A stretch of 64,000 nt of DNA from an uncultured Thermoleophilia bacterium. GTDB taxonomy: Bacteria > Actinomycetota > Thermoleophilia > UBA2241. How positions within the stretch are numbered: the first letter of the stretch is position 1; the number at the start of each line of letters is the position of its first letter. The stretch spans positions 480,001 through 544,000 of the forward strand of contig CAVQSP010000013.1 of the NCBI GenBank assembly GCA_963715985.1. Direction: 5' to 3'. The notes beneath the pieces were generated by a model. The model was given only the letters and a program-made list of their open reading frames with translations, made no database searches and was not told the origin of the DNA. A program made the translations under genes and the position numbers. Below are positions 39,525 to 49,572 of the stretch, piece by piece.

Positions 39525-41115
39525 ATGATCCTGTATCTGGACTGTGCCAGCGGCATCAGCGGGGACATGCTCGTCGCCGCGTTGCTCGGCGTGGCGGGGG
39601 CGAGCGCCGACCAGGCCGGGCCGCTCGACCAGGTCGTGCGGCCCGCGCTCGCGGCGGCCGGCATCGACAAGCGGCTGGTGTCGCTGCGCGGCGTCGAACG
39701 CGGCGGCGTCGCTGCCCTCGCCTTCCGAGTGCCCGAGGGACCCGGCTTCGCCACCTTTGACGAGCTCATCGTGTCGATGTACGCGTCGAAGCTCGACCAG
39801 GTCGTCGCGGATGATGTCGCCAGGCTGGCGGAACGCATGGCGGCGGCGGAGCGAGAGGTGCACGGGGAGGGCGTCGAACACCTTGACGAGCTCGGCGGCA
39901 TCGACACGGCCGTCGACCTGATCAGTGCGGTGGCCCTGGTGCACCATCTCCGGCCCGAGCGTGTGGTCGCCGCGCCGCCGGCGCTGGGCAGCGGCACGGT
40001 AGAGACGGCGCACGGCGTGCTGCCGGTGCCCGCACCGGCCGTCACCGCGCTGCTGCGCGGCGTACCGACCTCCGCCGTCCCTGAAGGCGGACCTGACCTC
40101 GGCGAGCTCACCACGCCCACGGGCGCGGCGCTGCTCGCCTTCTTCGCAGACGACTTCGGTCCGGCGCCGGCCGGGGCGGTCGCGGCGCTCGGCTGTGGCG
40201 CCGGCACGTCGCGAAGTCCCCGGGCGGCCGAATGTGCTTCGCGCGATGCTCATAGAGGCGGCGCCGGAGAAGGAGGGCACCATGGACGAGGAACGTGGAC
40301 AGTCCGGCGGGCTCGACGAGAAGAGCGGGGTGGTGCGGCGCATAGCCTCCGGCGTCGCCGCAGGAGTGCGCCGTTCGGAGCGCAAGCAGGACGAGCGGCA
40401 GGATGTGGTGCCGCCTGAGGAGGCCACGTCGGGGCCTGTCGCGGAACACCCCGAAGCCGGGGAGCGCGGACCCGAGGCGCCCGAGCCTGATGCGTTCGAG
40501 GCCGAACCCAAGGCGGGCGCCGGGGGGGCGGACGCGGCCGAGGAGGCGGGGCCGACCTTCATGGACGAGGCAGAGGCGACCAACGCCGACGAGGTGGCCG
40601 CCGAGGCGCCGCTGGAGACCGCGGATCGGCCCGCCGGGGACGAGCCCGATACGGCGGGTCCCGCCACGCTCGACCACGTGCTGCTCGAGACGAACATCGA
40701 CGACATGAGTGCGGAGCTGCTCGGGCACGCGGCGGACGCCCTGCGCGAGGCCGGCGCCGTGGATGTGTGGATGAGCCAGGCGCTCATGAAGAAGGGCCGC
40801 CCCGGCGTCGTGCTGCACGTGCTCGCCGCCGCCTCCGAGCGCGAGCGCCTGAGCGCCGTGCTCTTCGCGGAGACCTCCACGTTCGGCGTGCGTGTGGTCC
40901 CGTGCGGCCGCCTGTACGCGGAGGAGCGTCGCGAGTCCGTCAAGATCGGCAAGCTCACGATCGGCGTGCGCCTGAGCTTCGTGGAGGGCAGGCTCGCGAC
41001 CGTCTCGCCCGAGTACGAGGACGTGCGCCGCGTGGCCGCGGCCGTGGGGCGGCCCGCCCGCGTGGTGTACGAGGCCGCCCAGTCCGCCGCGCGCACCAAG
41101 TTCAGCGGCGCCTGA
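39525..41115 (+). CDS. larC: LarC-family nickel insertion protein; frameshift near 40209; long acidic linker
   Basis: LYLDCASGISGDM, AHGVLPVPAPA, ELTTPTGAA, PNVLR, LETNIDDM, MKKGRPG, ETSTFGVR, PEYED. Confidence 0.88.
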
Positions 41116-41328
41116 ACGCGGTCCCGGGGACGGCCGCGCGGCGAGCCTCCCCCCGCCCCGAGGTCCGGTGCCCGCCCGCCCGCCTCGCAAGCAAGCGGCC
41201 GCGTGCGACATGATTGATTCCCGCTTGTGCTCGCCTGTACAATCTCCCGGCAGGAGCCGCGCCATCGTGCCTTTCGGCACGAGTCTCCATCATGCTGCGC
41301 GCGAGATCGTTACTCAAAGGAGGACGCG

Positions 41329-43038
41329 TTGAGTTCCATCGTTCGCAAGTCTCCGGTGCCGAGCGACATCGAGATCGCCCAGGCCGCCACCATGCAGCCC
41401 ATCCAGGCCATCGCCGAGAAGGCCGGCATCCTGGAGGACGAGCTGGAGCTCTACGGCCGCTACAAGGCCAAGATCGACTACATGGCGCTTCTCGAGCGCC
41501 TCAAGGACAAGCCCGACGGCAAGATCATCAACGTCACGGCGATCACGCCGACGCCGCTGGGCGAGGGCAAGACGGTCACCGCCGTCGGCCTCTCCGAGTC
41601 CATGAACGCCATCGGCATCGACACCATGCTCGCCCTGCGCGAGCCGTCGCTCGGCCCGGTCTTCGGCATCAAGGGCGGCGCCGCCGGCGGCGGCTACTCG
41701 CAGCTGCTGCCGATGGAGGACCTCAACCTCCACTTCACCGGCGACATCCACGCTGTGGGCACGGCCAACAACCTGCTCGCCGCCATGGTCGACAGTCATC
41801 TGATGCACGGCAACGCGCTCGGCATCGACCCGCTCACGATCTCGTGGCGCCGCTGCGTGGACCTCAACGACCGCGCCATGCGTGAGATCGTCAACGGCCT
41901 GGGCGGCAGGCTCAACGGCCTCCCGCGCCAGACCGGCTACGACATCACCGTGGCCAGCGAGGTCATGGCCATCCTCGGCCTCGCCACCTCGCTCAAGGAC
42001 CTGCGCGAGCGTCTCGGCCGCATCACCTTCGGCTACAGCACCGAGGGCAAGCCGCTCACGGCCGACGACATCGGCGCCGGCGGCGCCATGACGGTGCTCC
42101 TCAAGGACGCCATCAAGCCGAACCTCATGCAGACCCTCGAGGGCAACGCCAGCCTCATCCACGCCGGGCCCTTCGCCAACATCGCCCAGGGCAACAACTC
42201 CATCATCGCCGACAAGGTCGCCATGAAGCTCAGCGACTACGTCGTCACCGAGAGCGGCTTCGCCGCCGACCTGGGCTCCGAGAAGTTCATGGACATCATC
42301 TGCCGCTACGGCGGCTTCGCGCCCAGCGCCGTGGTCATCACCTGCACCATGCGCGCCCTCAAGATGCACGGCGGCCTGCCGGTCGACCCCGAGCTGCTCA
42401 AGGCCGAGAACAACGAGGCGCTCACCAAGGGCTGCGAGAACCTCGCCAAGCAGATCGAGAACATGAAGCTCTTCGGCCTGCCCGTCGTGGTGACGATCAA
42501 CCGCTTCGCCTTCGACCGCGACACCGAGGTCGAGATCGTGCGCAACGAGGCCATCGCGGCCGGCGCCGAAGACGCCGTGCCGATCAACGTCCACGCGCTG
42601 GGCGGCGACGGCGGCCAGGAGGCGGCCGAGGTCGTCAAGGCGGCGGCCGACAAGGGCGGCGACTTCAAGTTCCTCTACCCGCTCGAGGCCTCCATCAAGG
42701 AGAAGATCGAGACCATCGCCACCAAGATCTACGGCGCCGACGGCGTGGACTACCTGCCCGAGGCCGAGGCCAAGATCAAGCAGTTCACCGAGCAGGGTCT
42801 CGACAAGCTGCCGCTCTGCATGGCCAAGACGCACCTGTCGCTCAGCCACGACCCGGCGCTCAAGGGCCGTCCCCGCGGCTTCCGCGTGCCGATCCGCGAC
42901 ATCCGGCCGGCGACCGGCGCCGGGTACCTGTACCCGCTGCTCGGCGAGATGCGCACCATGCCCGGCCTGGCCAAGCGGCCGGCCGCGGTCGACGTGGACA
43001 TCGACGTCGAGACCGGCCGGATCATCGGCCTGTTCTGA
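41329..43038 (+). CDS. fhs: Formate-tetrahydrofolate ligase
   Basis: TAITPTPLGEGKT, LREPSLGP, KGGAAGGGYSQ, HFTGDIHA, HAGPFANIA, CMAKT, MPGL; TTG start after aggagg; promoter TTGATT-18 nt-TACAAT at 41214-41243. Confidence 0.97.
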   Translation: MSSIVRKSPVPSDIEIAQAATMQPIQAIAEKAGILEDELELYGRYKAKIDYMALLERLKDKPDGKIINVTAITPTPLGEGKTVTAVGLSESMNAIGIDTMLALREPSLGPVFGIKGGAAGGGYSQLLPMEDLNLHFTGDIHAVGTANNLLAAMVDSHLMHGNALGIDPLTISWRRCVDLNDRAMREIVNGLGGRLNGLPRQTGYDITVASEVMAILGLATSLKDLRERLGRITFGYSTEGKPLTADDIGAGGAMTVLLKDAIKPNLMQTLEGNASLIHAGPFANIAQGNNSIIADKVAMKLSDYVVTESGFAADLGSEKFMDIICRYGGFAPSAVVITCTMRALKMHGGLPVDPELLKAENNEALTKGCENLAKQIENMKLFGLPVVVTINRFAFDRDTEVEIVRNEAIAAGAEDAVPINVHALGGDGGQEAAEVVKAAADKGGDFKFLYPLEASIKEKIETIATKIYGADGVDYLPEAEAKIKQFTEQGLDKLPLCMAKTHLSLSHDPALKGRPRGFRVPIRDIRPATGAGYLYPLLGEMRTMPGLAKRPAAVDVDIDVETGRIIGLF

Positions 43039-43172
43039 GAACCTGAACGGCGGGTGATGCCCCGGGGCGGGTCCGGCTGCGGCCGGCCCGCCCCGGGGCG
43101 CCGCCGGGGCCGGCCGCGCGCCGCGGCCGCAGTCGGCCCCGGCGGGCGCCCGCTCCATCCGGGAGGTACACG

Positions 43173-43814
43173 GTGAGCGACGGACCCACCATCTACGCGT
43201 CGGAGGCCCTGCAGGTCTACCTCGACGACGCGGCCAGCAACAAGCCGGCGCCCGGCGGCGGCAGCGTCTCGGCCTGCGTCGGCGCTCTGGGCGCCGCGCT
43301 CGTGAGCATGGTCTGCAACCTCACGCTCGGCAAGGAGAAGTTCGCAGGTGTGGAAGCCGAGATCGCCGAGCTGGTGAAGGCCACCGAGTCGGCCCGCGCC
43401 CGCCTCGAGAAGCTGCTGCAGGAGGACACCACCGCCTACAGCGGCGTCATCCAGGCCTACAAGCTGCCCAAGGACACCGACGCCGAGAAGGCGGCGCGCA
43501 AGGCCGCCGTACAGGCCGGGCTCATCGTGGCCGCCAACGTGCCGCTGGAGATCTGCAAGGTGGCCCTCGAGGTGTGCCGCCTGTCCAAGACCGCGGCCGA
43601 GCTGGGTAACCCCGGCGCGGTCACCGACGCCGGCATCGGCGCCATCCTCGGCGAGGCCGCCGTGGTGGGCGGCGCGCTCAACGTCAAGATCAACCTCGGC
43701 TCCATCGAGGACTGCGACTACGTGGAGACCGCGGCGGCGCAGATCGACACCATGCAGAAGGAGGCCGCCGCGCTGCGCGAGGAGGTCCTCGCCATCACGC
43801 TCTCCAAGATCTGA
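43173..43814 (+). CDS. fchA: Methenyl-THF cyclohydrolase / formimino-THF cyclodeaminase
   Basis: PAPGGGSVSA, MVCNLT, D..AY, YKLPK, VPLE, GNP.AVTD, NVKINL. Confidence 0.9.
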   Translation: MSDGPTIYASEALQVYLDDAASNKPAPGGGSVSACVGALGAALVSMVCNLTLGKEKFAGVEAEIAELVKATESARARLEKLLQEDTTAYSGVIQAYKLPKDTDAEKAARKAAVQAGLIVAANVPLEICKVALEVCRLSKTAAELGNPGAVTDAGIGAILGEAAVVGGALNVKINLGSIEDCDYVETAAAQIDTMQKEAAALREEVLAITLSKI

Positions 43815-43844
43815 CCACCCGCCGACACAGACGAGAGGGAAGCC

Positions 43845-44699
43845 ATGGCAGCGAAGATCATCGACGGCAAGGCCATCGCCGAGCAGGTCCGCGAAGAGAT
43901 CAAGGCCGAGGTCGCGAGGCTCGCGACCTGCGGCGTCAAGCCCGGCGTCGCCACCATCCTGGTGGGCGAGGACGGCGGCGCGCAGTTCTACCGCGGCCAG
44001 ATCGAGAAGAACACCGGCACGGTGGGCTTCGACTACTTCAATCACACGCTGGCGGCGGGCGCGAGCGAGGCCGAGATCCTCGCTCTCATCGCCAAGCTCA
44101 ACGCCGACCCGGCCGTGCACGGCATCCTGGCGCTCATGCCCATGGACGCGCAGATCGACCAGAACACGGTGTTCAACGCCATCGCGCCCGAGAAGGACCT
44201 CGACTGCGTGAACCCCGCCAACATCGGCCACGTGCTGCTCGGCGACCAGCTGTTCGCGCCGGCCACGCCGAGCGCCTGCATCGAGATCCTCGACCGCGAG
44301 GGCGTCGAGCTGCAGGGCCTGGACGTCACCATCGTCAACCACTCCAACATCGTCGGGAAGCCGGTGGCGCTGCTCTGCCTCAACCGCAATGCCTCCGTGC
44401 ACGTGGTGCACGTGTTCAGCAAGGACGTGCCCGCCGCCTGCCGTGAGGCCGACGTGCTCATCAGCGCCGCCCCCGTGCAGAACCTGATCAAGGGCGACAT
44501 GGTCAAGCCGGGCGCCATCGTCATCGACGTCACCACCATCCGCGTGGAAGGCAAGCAGGTCGGGTCGCTCGAGTGGGACGCGGTCTGCGAAGTCGCCGGC
44601 AGCGCGACGCCGGTGCCGGGCGGTGTGGGGCCGGTGACCAACGTCATCCTGCTCCAGAACGCGCTCAAGGCCTGCAAGGTACAGACCGGCGTCAAGTGA
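43845..44699 (+). CDS. folD: Methylene-THF dehydrogenase (FolD family, probably monofunctional)
   Basis: IIDGKAIA, EKDLD, PATP, SNIVGKP, TPVPGGVGP; the YxxxK lysine and the ILVQLP glutamine are substituted. Confidence 0.9.
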   Translation: MAAKIIDGKAIAEQVREEIKAEVARLATCGVKPGVATILVGEDGGAQFYRGQIEKNTGTVGFDYFNHTLAAGASEAEILALIAKLNADPAVHGILALMPMDAQIDQNTVFNAIAPEKDLDCVNPANIGHVLLGDQLFAPATPSACIEILDREGVELQGLDVTIVNHSNIVGKPVALLCLNRNASVHVVHVFSKDVPAACREADVLISAAPVQNLIKGDMVKPGAIVIDVTTIRVEGKQVGSLEWDAVCEVAGSATPVPGGVGPVTNVILLQNALKACKVQTGVK

Positions 44700-44852
44700 T
44701 CGCCGGCGGCCCGCGGCGCGTACGGCCTCAGGCTGCGCGCGCTGCGGGCCGCGACGTGGTTCAATAGGCGTGGCAGACCCCGTCGGTCTCCCGGTCGCTC
44801 CCCGGGGAGCTCCGGCCCGACGACCCCCGCAACGCGACACGGAGTGCATGTG

Positions 44853-45422
44853 ATGCCCAAGGAGGCTCTCAACACCGACCCGGTCGTCGCCGGCGGCGCA
44901 CCGCCGGAGGGCTGCGACCTCGAACAGGTCGCGCTCATCGTCGAAGAGGGCGACGCGCACGGCAACCTCATCGCGCTGCTGCAGCGCACGCAGAGCGAGT
45001 TCGGCTACGTGCCCGAGGAGGCGGTCAGCGAGATCGCCCGTCTCACGGGCGTGCCCGCCTCGCGCATCTACGGCATCCTCACGTTCTACGCCCAGTTCTC
45101 CACCGTCCCCAGCGGCCGCCACAAGATCTTCGTGTGCCACGGCACCGCCTGCCACGTGGCCGGCGCCACCAGGATCACGCAGGCCCTCGAGGAAGAGCTC
45201 GGCGTGCCCGACGGCGAGTCCACGCCCGACATGGAGTTCAACCTCGACTCGGTGGCCTGCATGGGGGCGTGCTCCCAGGCGCCGGTGATGCGCATCGACC
45301 AGGAGACGTACGGCAACCTCACGGCCGACCAGACGCGCAAGGCCATCAAGGCGCTCGTCAAGGAGTATGGCCTGGAGAACAACTACGCCGGCGCCGAGGC
45401 CGGAGGTGACGGCGATGAGTGA
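44853..45422 (+). CDS. NuoE/HydC-like 2Fe-2S subunit
   Basis: LIALLQ..Q..FGYVP, TFYAQF, CHGTACHVAG, ACMGACSQAP. Confidence 0.92.
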   Translation: MPKEALNTDPVVAGGAPPEGCDLEQVALIVEEGDAHGNLIALLQRTQSEFGYVPEEAVSEIARLTGVPASRIYGILTFYAQFSTVPSGRHKIFVCHGTACHVAGATRITQALEEELGVPDGESTPDMEFNLDSVACMGACSQAPVMRIDQETYGNLTADQTRKAIKALVKEYGLENNYAGAEAGGDGDE

Positions 45423-47322
45423 CCCCGTGGGCTCCGGCGTCAGGGTGGGCGTGACCTCCGGCGGTGACGGCACATGCCGCGTCGCGGTGTGCGCCGGCAC
45501 GGCCTGTGTGTTCGCCGGGTCGATGAAGGTCCGCGACGCCTTCGTGGACGAGGTCGCTGCCGCCGGTCTCCAGGACCAGGTGGAGGTCACCATCATCGGC
45601 TGCCACGGCCTGTGTTCGCAGGGGCCGCTGGCCGTGGTGTCGGACGGCGACACCTACTACCCGCGGCTCAAGGTCAAGGACGTCAAGAGCGTGGTGGAGC
45701 AGCACCTCGCCGGCGGCGAGGTCGTGGAGAAGCTCCTCTACGTGGACCCCGCCAGCGGTGAGCGCATCGCCTGCGCCCATGACATCCCCTTCTACGCCAA
45801 GCAGACGCGCATCGCCCTTCGCGACGTGGGCCAGATCGACCCCGAGCAGATCGACGAGTACATCGCGCGCGGCGGCTACGAGGCCGCGCGCAAGGCGCTC
45901 ACCACCATGAAGCCGGACGAGATCGTCGAAGAGGTGCTGGCCTCGGGCCTGCGCGGCCGCGGCGGGGCCGGCTTCCCCACCGGCGCCAAATGGCGCTTCG
46001 CGCGCTCGTCCCCGGGTGACGTCAAGTACGTCATCTGCAACGGCGACGAGGGCGACCCCGGCGCCTTCATGGACGCGTCCATCATGGACGGCGACCCGCA
46101 CGCCGTGCTCGAGGGCATGCTCATCGCCTCCTACGCCATCGGCGCCCGCGAGGGCTTCATCTACGTGCGCGCCGAGTACCCGCTGGCGGTCAAGCGTCTG
46201 CGCCTGGCCATCACCGACGCCAAGGAGCGCGGCTACCTGGGCAAGGACATCTTCGGCAGCGGCTGGGACTTCTCGCTGAAGATCAAGGAGGGCGCCGGCG
46301 CCTTCGTGTGCGGCGAGGAGACGGCGCTCATCGCCTCCATCATGGGCGAGCGCGGCATGCCGCGGAAGCGGCCGCCCTTCCCCGCCGTGTCCGGGCTGTG
46401 GGGCAAGCCCACCAACATCAACAACGTCGAGACCCTGGCCTCGGTGCCGTGGATCATCGGCCACGGCGCGGCCGAGTACGCCGCCATCGGCTCCGAGGCG
46501 TGCCGGGGCACCAAGGCCTTCAGCCTCGCCGGCAAGATCGTCAACGGCGGTCTCGCCGAGGTGCCCATGGGCTCCACGCTGCGCCACGTCATCTTCGACG
46601 TCGGCGGCGGCATCAAGGACGGCCGCGAGTTCAAGGCCGTGCAGCTCGGCGGCCCGTCGGGCGGCTGCGTCCCGGCCAGCCTGCTGGACACGCCGGTCGA
46701 CTACGAGAGCCTCACCGCGACCGGCGCCATCATGGGCTCCGGCGGCATGGTGGTGGCCGACGACCAGACCTGCATGGTGGACCTCGCCAGGTACTTCCTG
46801 CAGTTCACCCAGAACGAGAGCTGCGGCAAGTGCGTGCCCTGCCGCCTGGGCACCAAGCGCATGCTCGAGATCCTGGAGCGCATCACCGCCGGGCTGGGCC
46901 GCGAAGGCGACATCGAGACGCTGGAGTCGCTGGCCATCTCCATCAAGAAGACGAGCCTGTGCGGCCTGGGCCAGACCGCGCCCAACCCGGTGCTCACCAC
47001 GATCCGCTACTTCCGCGACGAGTACGAGGCGCACATCTCCGGGCAGGAGTGCCCGGCCCGCGCCTGCACGGCGCTCATCGCCTACACCATCGACGCCGAC
47101 GCCTGCACCGGCTGCATGCTCTGCGCGAAGAAGTGCCCCACGGGCGCCGCGCACGGCCCCAAGAAGCTCACGCACGTCATCGACCAGGAGACGTGCATCA
47201 AGTGCGACGCCTGCTTCTCCGCCTGCAAGTTCGACGCGGTGAAGACCGTCAGCGGCCCGGACGAGATCGCCACCGCCGTGGCCGCCCAGCGCGAGGGCGC
47301 GGCGGTACCCGCGAAGCGCTAG
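45415..47322 (+). CDS. NuoF/HydB-like FMN/NADH-binding subunit with an N-terminal 2Fe-2S domain and a C-terminal 2x[4Fe-4S] domain
   Basis: CAGTAC..GCHGLC, SGLRGRGGAGFPTG, NGDEGDPGAFMD, CGEETAL, GGPSGG, ESCGKCVPCR, CTGCMLC..C, CIKCDAC..C. Confidence 0.94.
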   Translation: MSDPVGSGVRVGVTSGGDGTCRVAVCAGTACVFAGSMKVRDAFVDEVAAAGLQDQVEVTIIGCHGLCSQGPLAVVSDGDTYYPRLKVKDVKSVVEQHLAGGEVVEKLLYVDPASGERIACAHDIPFYAKQTRIALRDVGQIDPEQIDEYIARGGYEAARKALTTMKPDEIVEEVLASGLRGRGGAGFPTGAKWRFARSSPGDVKYVICNGDEGDPGAFMDASIMDGDPHAVLEGMLIASYAIGAREGFIYVRAEYPLAVKRLRLAITDAKERGYLGKDIFGSGWDFSLKIKEGAGAFVCGEETALIASIMGERGMPRKRPPFPAVSGLWGKPTNINNVETLASVPWIIGHGAAEYAAIGSEACRGTKAFSLAGKIVNGGLAEVPMGSTLRHVIFDVGGGIKDGREFKAVQLGGPSGGCVPASLLDTPVDYESLTATGAIMGSGGMVVADDQTCMVDLARYFLQFTQNESCGKCVPCRLGTKRMLEILERITAGLGREGDIETLESLAISIKKTSLCGLGQTAPNPVLTTIRYFRDEYEAHISGQECPARACTALIAYTIDADACTGCMLCAKKCPTGAAHGPKKLTHVIDQETCIKCDACFSACKFDAVKTVSGPDEIATAVAAQREGAAVPAKR

Positions 47323-47374
47323 ACGCGGGTCAGCCGCGCCCGCATGTGGGCGGCCGCGCACCAGCCTTCCGCGA

Positions 47375-47413
47375 GCGCCGCGGCGGGACCCGCACCGGGT
47401 CCCGCCGCGGCGC
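47375..47413. terminator. 18-bp-stem hairpin closing the fhs-hydB region
   Basis: gcgccgcggcgggacccg-cac-cgggtcccgccgcggcgc. Confidence 0.65.
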
Positions 47414-47637
47414 CGTCACGTACGCCCTCGTCGCCTCGCCCGCCGTATTGCCGTGGCCTTGCCGCCGCGCGTGCGATATCGTTGGAAGATACTGTCCGTT
47501 GGTTGGTCAGCTAACTAACACGCCGCGTCCGCGGGGTCGGAGAAGGAGGAGCGTCAGACAGAGTCGTCCTGCATGCGTGCCGTGAAGACGCCGGTCCGCG
47601 GCAGCGGCCCGACGTGGAAGACGTGAAGGGGGGAAGT

Positions 47638-49266
47638 GTGGCAGAAGAACTCGCGTTCGCCCGCAAAGCCAGCGGCATGGTCCGCGGCCTCTCCATGATC
47701 GACGCGTTCGCCGTCGGCCTCATGAACCAGGGCATCACGCCCAGCATCTGGAACATGGTCACGTGGGGCCTCGGGACCTACCTCACGGGCAACCTGCTGT
47801 GGGCAAGCGTCATCTCCCTGGTGCTCGTGGGCTTCGGCTTCCCGCTGGTGTGGGGCATCCTCTCGGGGAGCATGCCGCGCTCAGGCGGCGAGTACGTCTA
47901 CAACTCGCGCATCATCCACCCCATCGTCGCCATCGCGGAGAGCTTCGGCAACGCCTTCGTGATGATCTTCTGGGTGTACGTGCTGGCGCCGTGGGTCGCC
48001 GACCCGGGCCTCGTCATGATAGCTGAGTACCAAGGCTGGACGTGGCTGTACGACAGCGCCACCGGCGCCTTCTTCGGCGGGCTCAGCTATGAATGGGGAG
48101 TCTTCGTCGTCGCCACGGTGACCAACATCGTCGCCTTCCTGACCATGGTCTTCGGCGTCAAGATCTTCGCCATGATCCAGAAGGGCGTCATGATCTTCGC
48201 GATGGGCGGCGCCATCGTCGTCACCGGATCGATCATGTTCACGAGCAAGACGGCGTTCCAGGAGAGCTGGGACGCTATCGCCGCCCAGTACGACTCGCTC
48301 AAGTACAACGAGGTCGTGCCCGCCGTCTCGGCGGCGATCGGCGCGCCGGTGCCCACGCAGCTCGGACCTGTACGGCACCTTGGGCGTCATGCTGGCCGGG
48401 TCCTGGTTGTTCGCCTACGCCTACTTCTGCGTCTTTGTGGCCGGCGAGGTCAAGCGGCCCGACAAGACGCTGATCGGGGCCAACTTCTTCGCGGTGCTGG
48501 TACCGGCCGCGATGATGATCTGGACGGCGCTGGTGATGTACCGTGCCATGCCCTTCGACTTCATCTCAGCGACGGCGTGGATCGACAACAACCTGGGCAT
48601 CGAGGGCTACAACCTGCCGTATCTGCCGAGCTACATGAGCCTGGCCTACATCGCCCACTCCAACATGACTCGTGGCGCTCGGCGCCAGCGTCTCGATGAT
48701 GCTGTTCTGCTTCTGGTACGTGGCCCTGAGCTATCTCGCCTTCCCGCGCATCATCTTCGCCTGGGGTATGGACCGTATGGGCCCCAAGTGGTTCACGTAC
48801 ATCAATCCGCGCTGGGCGAGCCCCGTGAAGAACTACATCCTCTGCTTCGTGCTCTGCCAGGCGCCATCGCGCTCTACTCGTTCTGGATCGGGGAGCTTCA
48901 TGCAGGGCCTCACGGTCACCGGCATGGAGATCGTCTCGGTGTGGGCCGTGACCACCATCGCCGCGCTGCATCTTCCCGTACATGAGGCGCTCCAAGGGCA
49001 TCTGGGAGTCGTCGCCCTACAAGACGTGGAAGTTCCTCGGCGTCCCGCTGGTCACCTGGGGCGCCCTGGTCTCGCTCGTCTACCTCTCCATCCTCTTCTA
49101 CTTCCTCATCTTCACCGGGGAGCTGAAGGACTCCAACGGGCAGTCGTGGATCCTGTACGGCGTCGTCTGGGCCATCGGCATCGCCTGGTACTTCTTCTGG
49201 GCTCACCGCAGCAAGGCCGTCGGCGTCGACGTCGGCATGACCTACGGGGAGCTGCCGCCGGAGTGA
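47638..49266 (+). CDS. APC-family amino acid/polyamine permease (copy 1); about four frameshifts
   Basis: FARKASGMVR, MPRSGGEYVYNSR, AGEVKRP, RIIFAWGMDR; ends MTYGELPPE; pieces fall in several frames. Confidence 0.85.
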
Positions 49267-49310
49267 TCCGTGCAGCACGACCCTGTGCCGTCGCAGTGGC
49301 GGCCGCAGTC

Positions 49311-49351
49311 GAGGGGGGCGGGGCGCCGGAGGCGCCCCGCCCCCTCTCTTT
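49311..49351 (+). terminator. Intrinsic terminator after permease 1
   Basis: ggggcggggcgcc-gga-ggcgccccgcccc followed by tctctttg. Confidence 0.65.
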
Positions 49352-49572
49352 GTGCCCCGGCACGGCTCGCGCTGACGGCTCTCCGAACGCGGATGGTCGG
49401 CCGGCGCGAGGCTCACGACCGGCACAAGGGCCCTCTCGGGCGTCTGTACGATTCGGCAAGGTACGAAATTCGCAGATTGCCGAATCAGAAACACCCGAGC
49501 TTGCTCTTGACATTTTCCTACGTCAGGTATCGAAATAGGCTGACCGGGTGGGCGTTGACCAGGGGGGTCACG

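Noticed and set aside
40195-40240. larC frameshift as the programmed larC1/larC2 ribosomal frameshift
   Set aside because: It falls inside the conserved GAG-x-R...PNVLR motif, has no slippery run, and looks like the other indel errors in the window
37128-41099. 1323-aa minus-strand ORF as a giant methyltransferase fusion
   Set aside because: Only the last 393 codons are MTase. The rest is an off-frame or antisense shadow of the GT4 and larC genes, open because of high GC content.
41244-41328. THF or ZTP riboswitch in the fhs leader
   Set aside because: Only a short hairpin (cgtgcc-tttc-ggcacg) is visible, with no recognisable consensus elements
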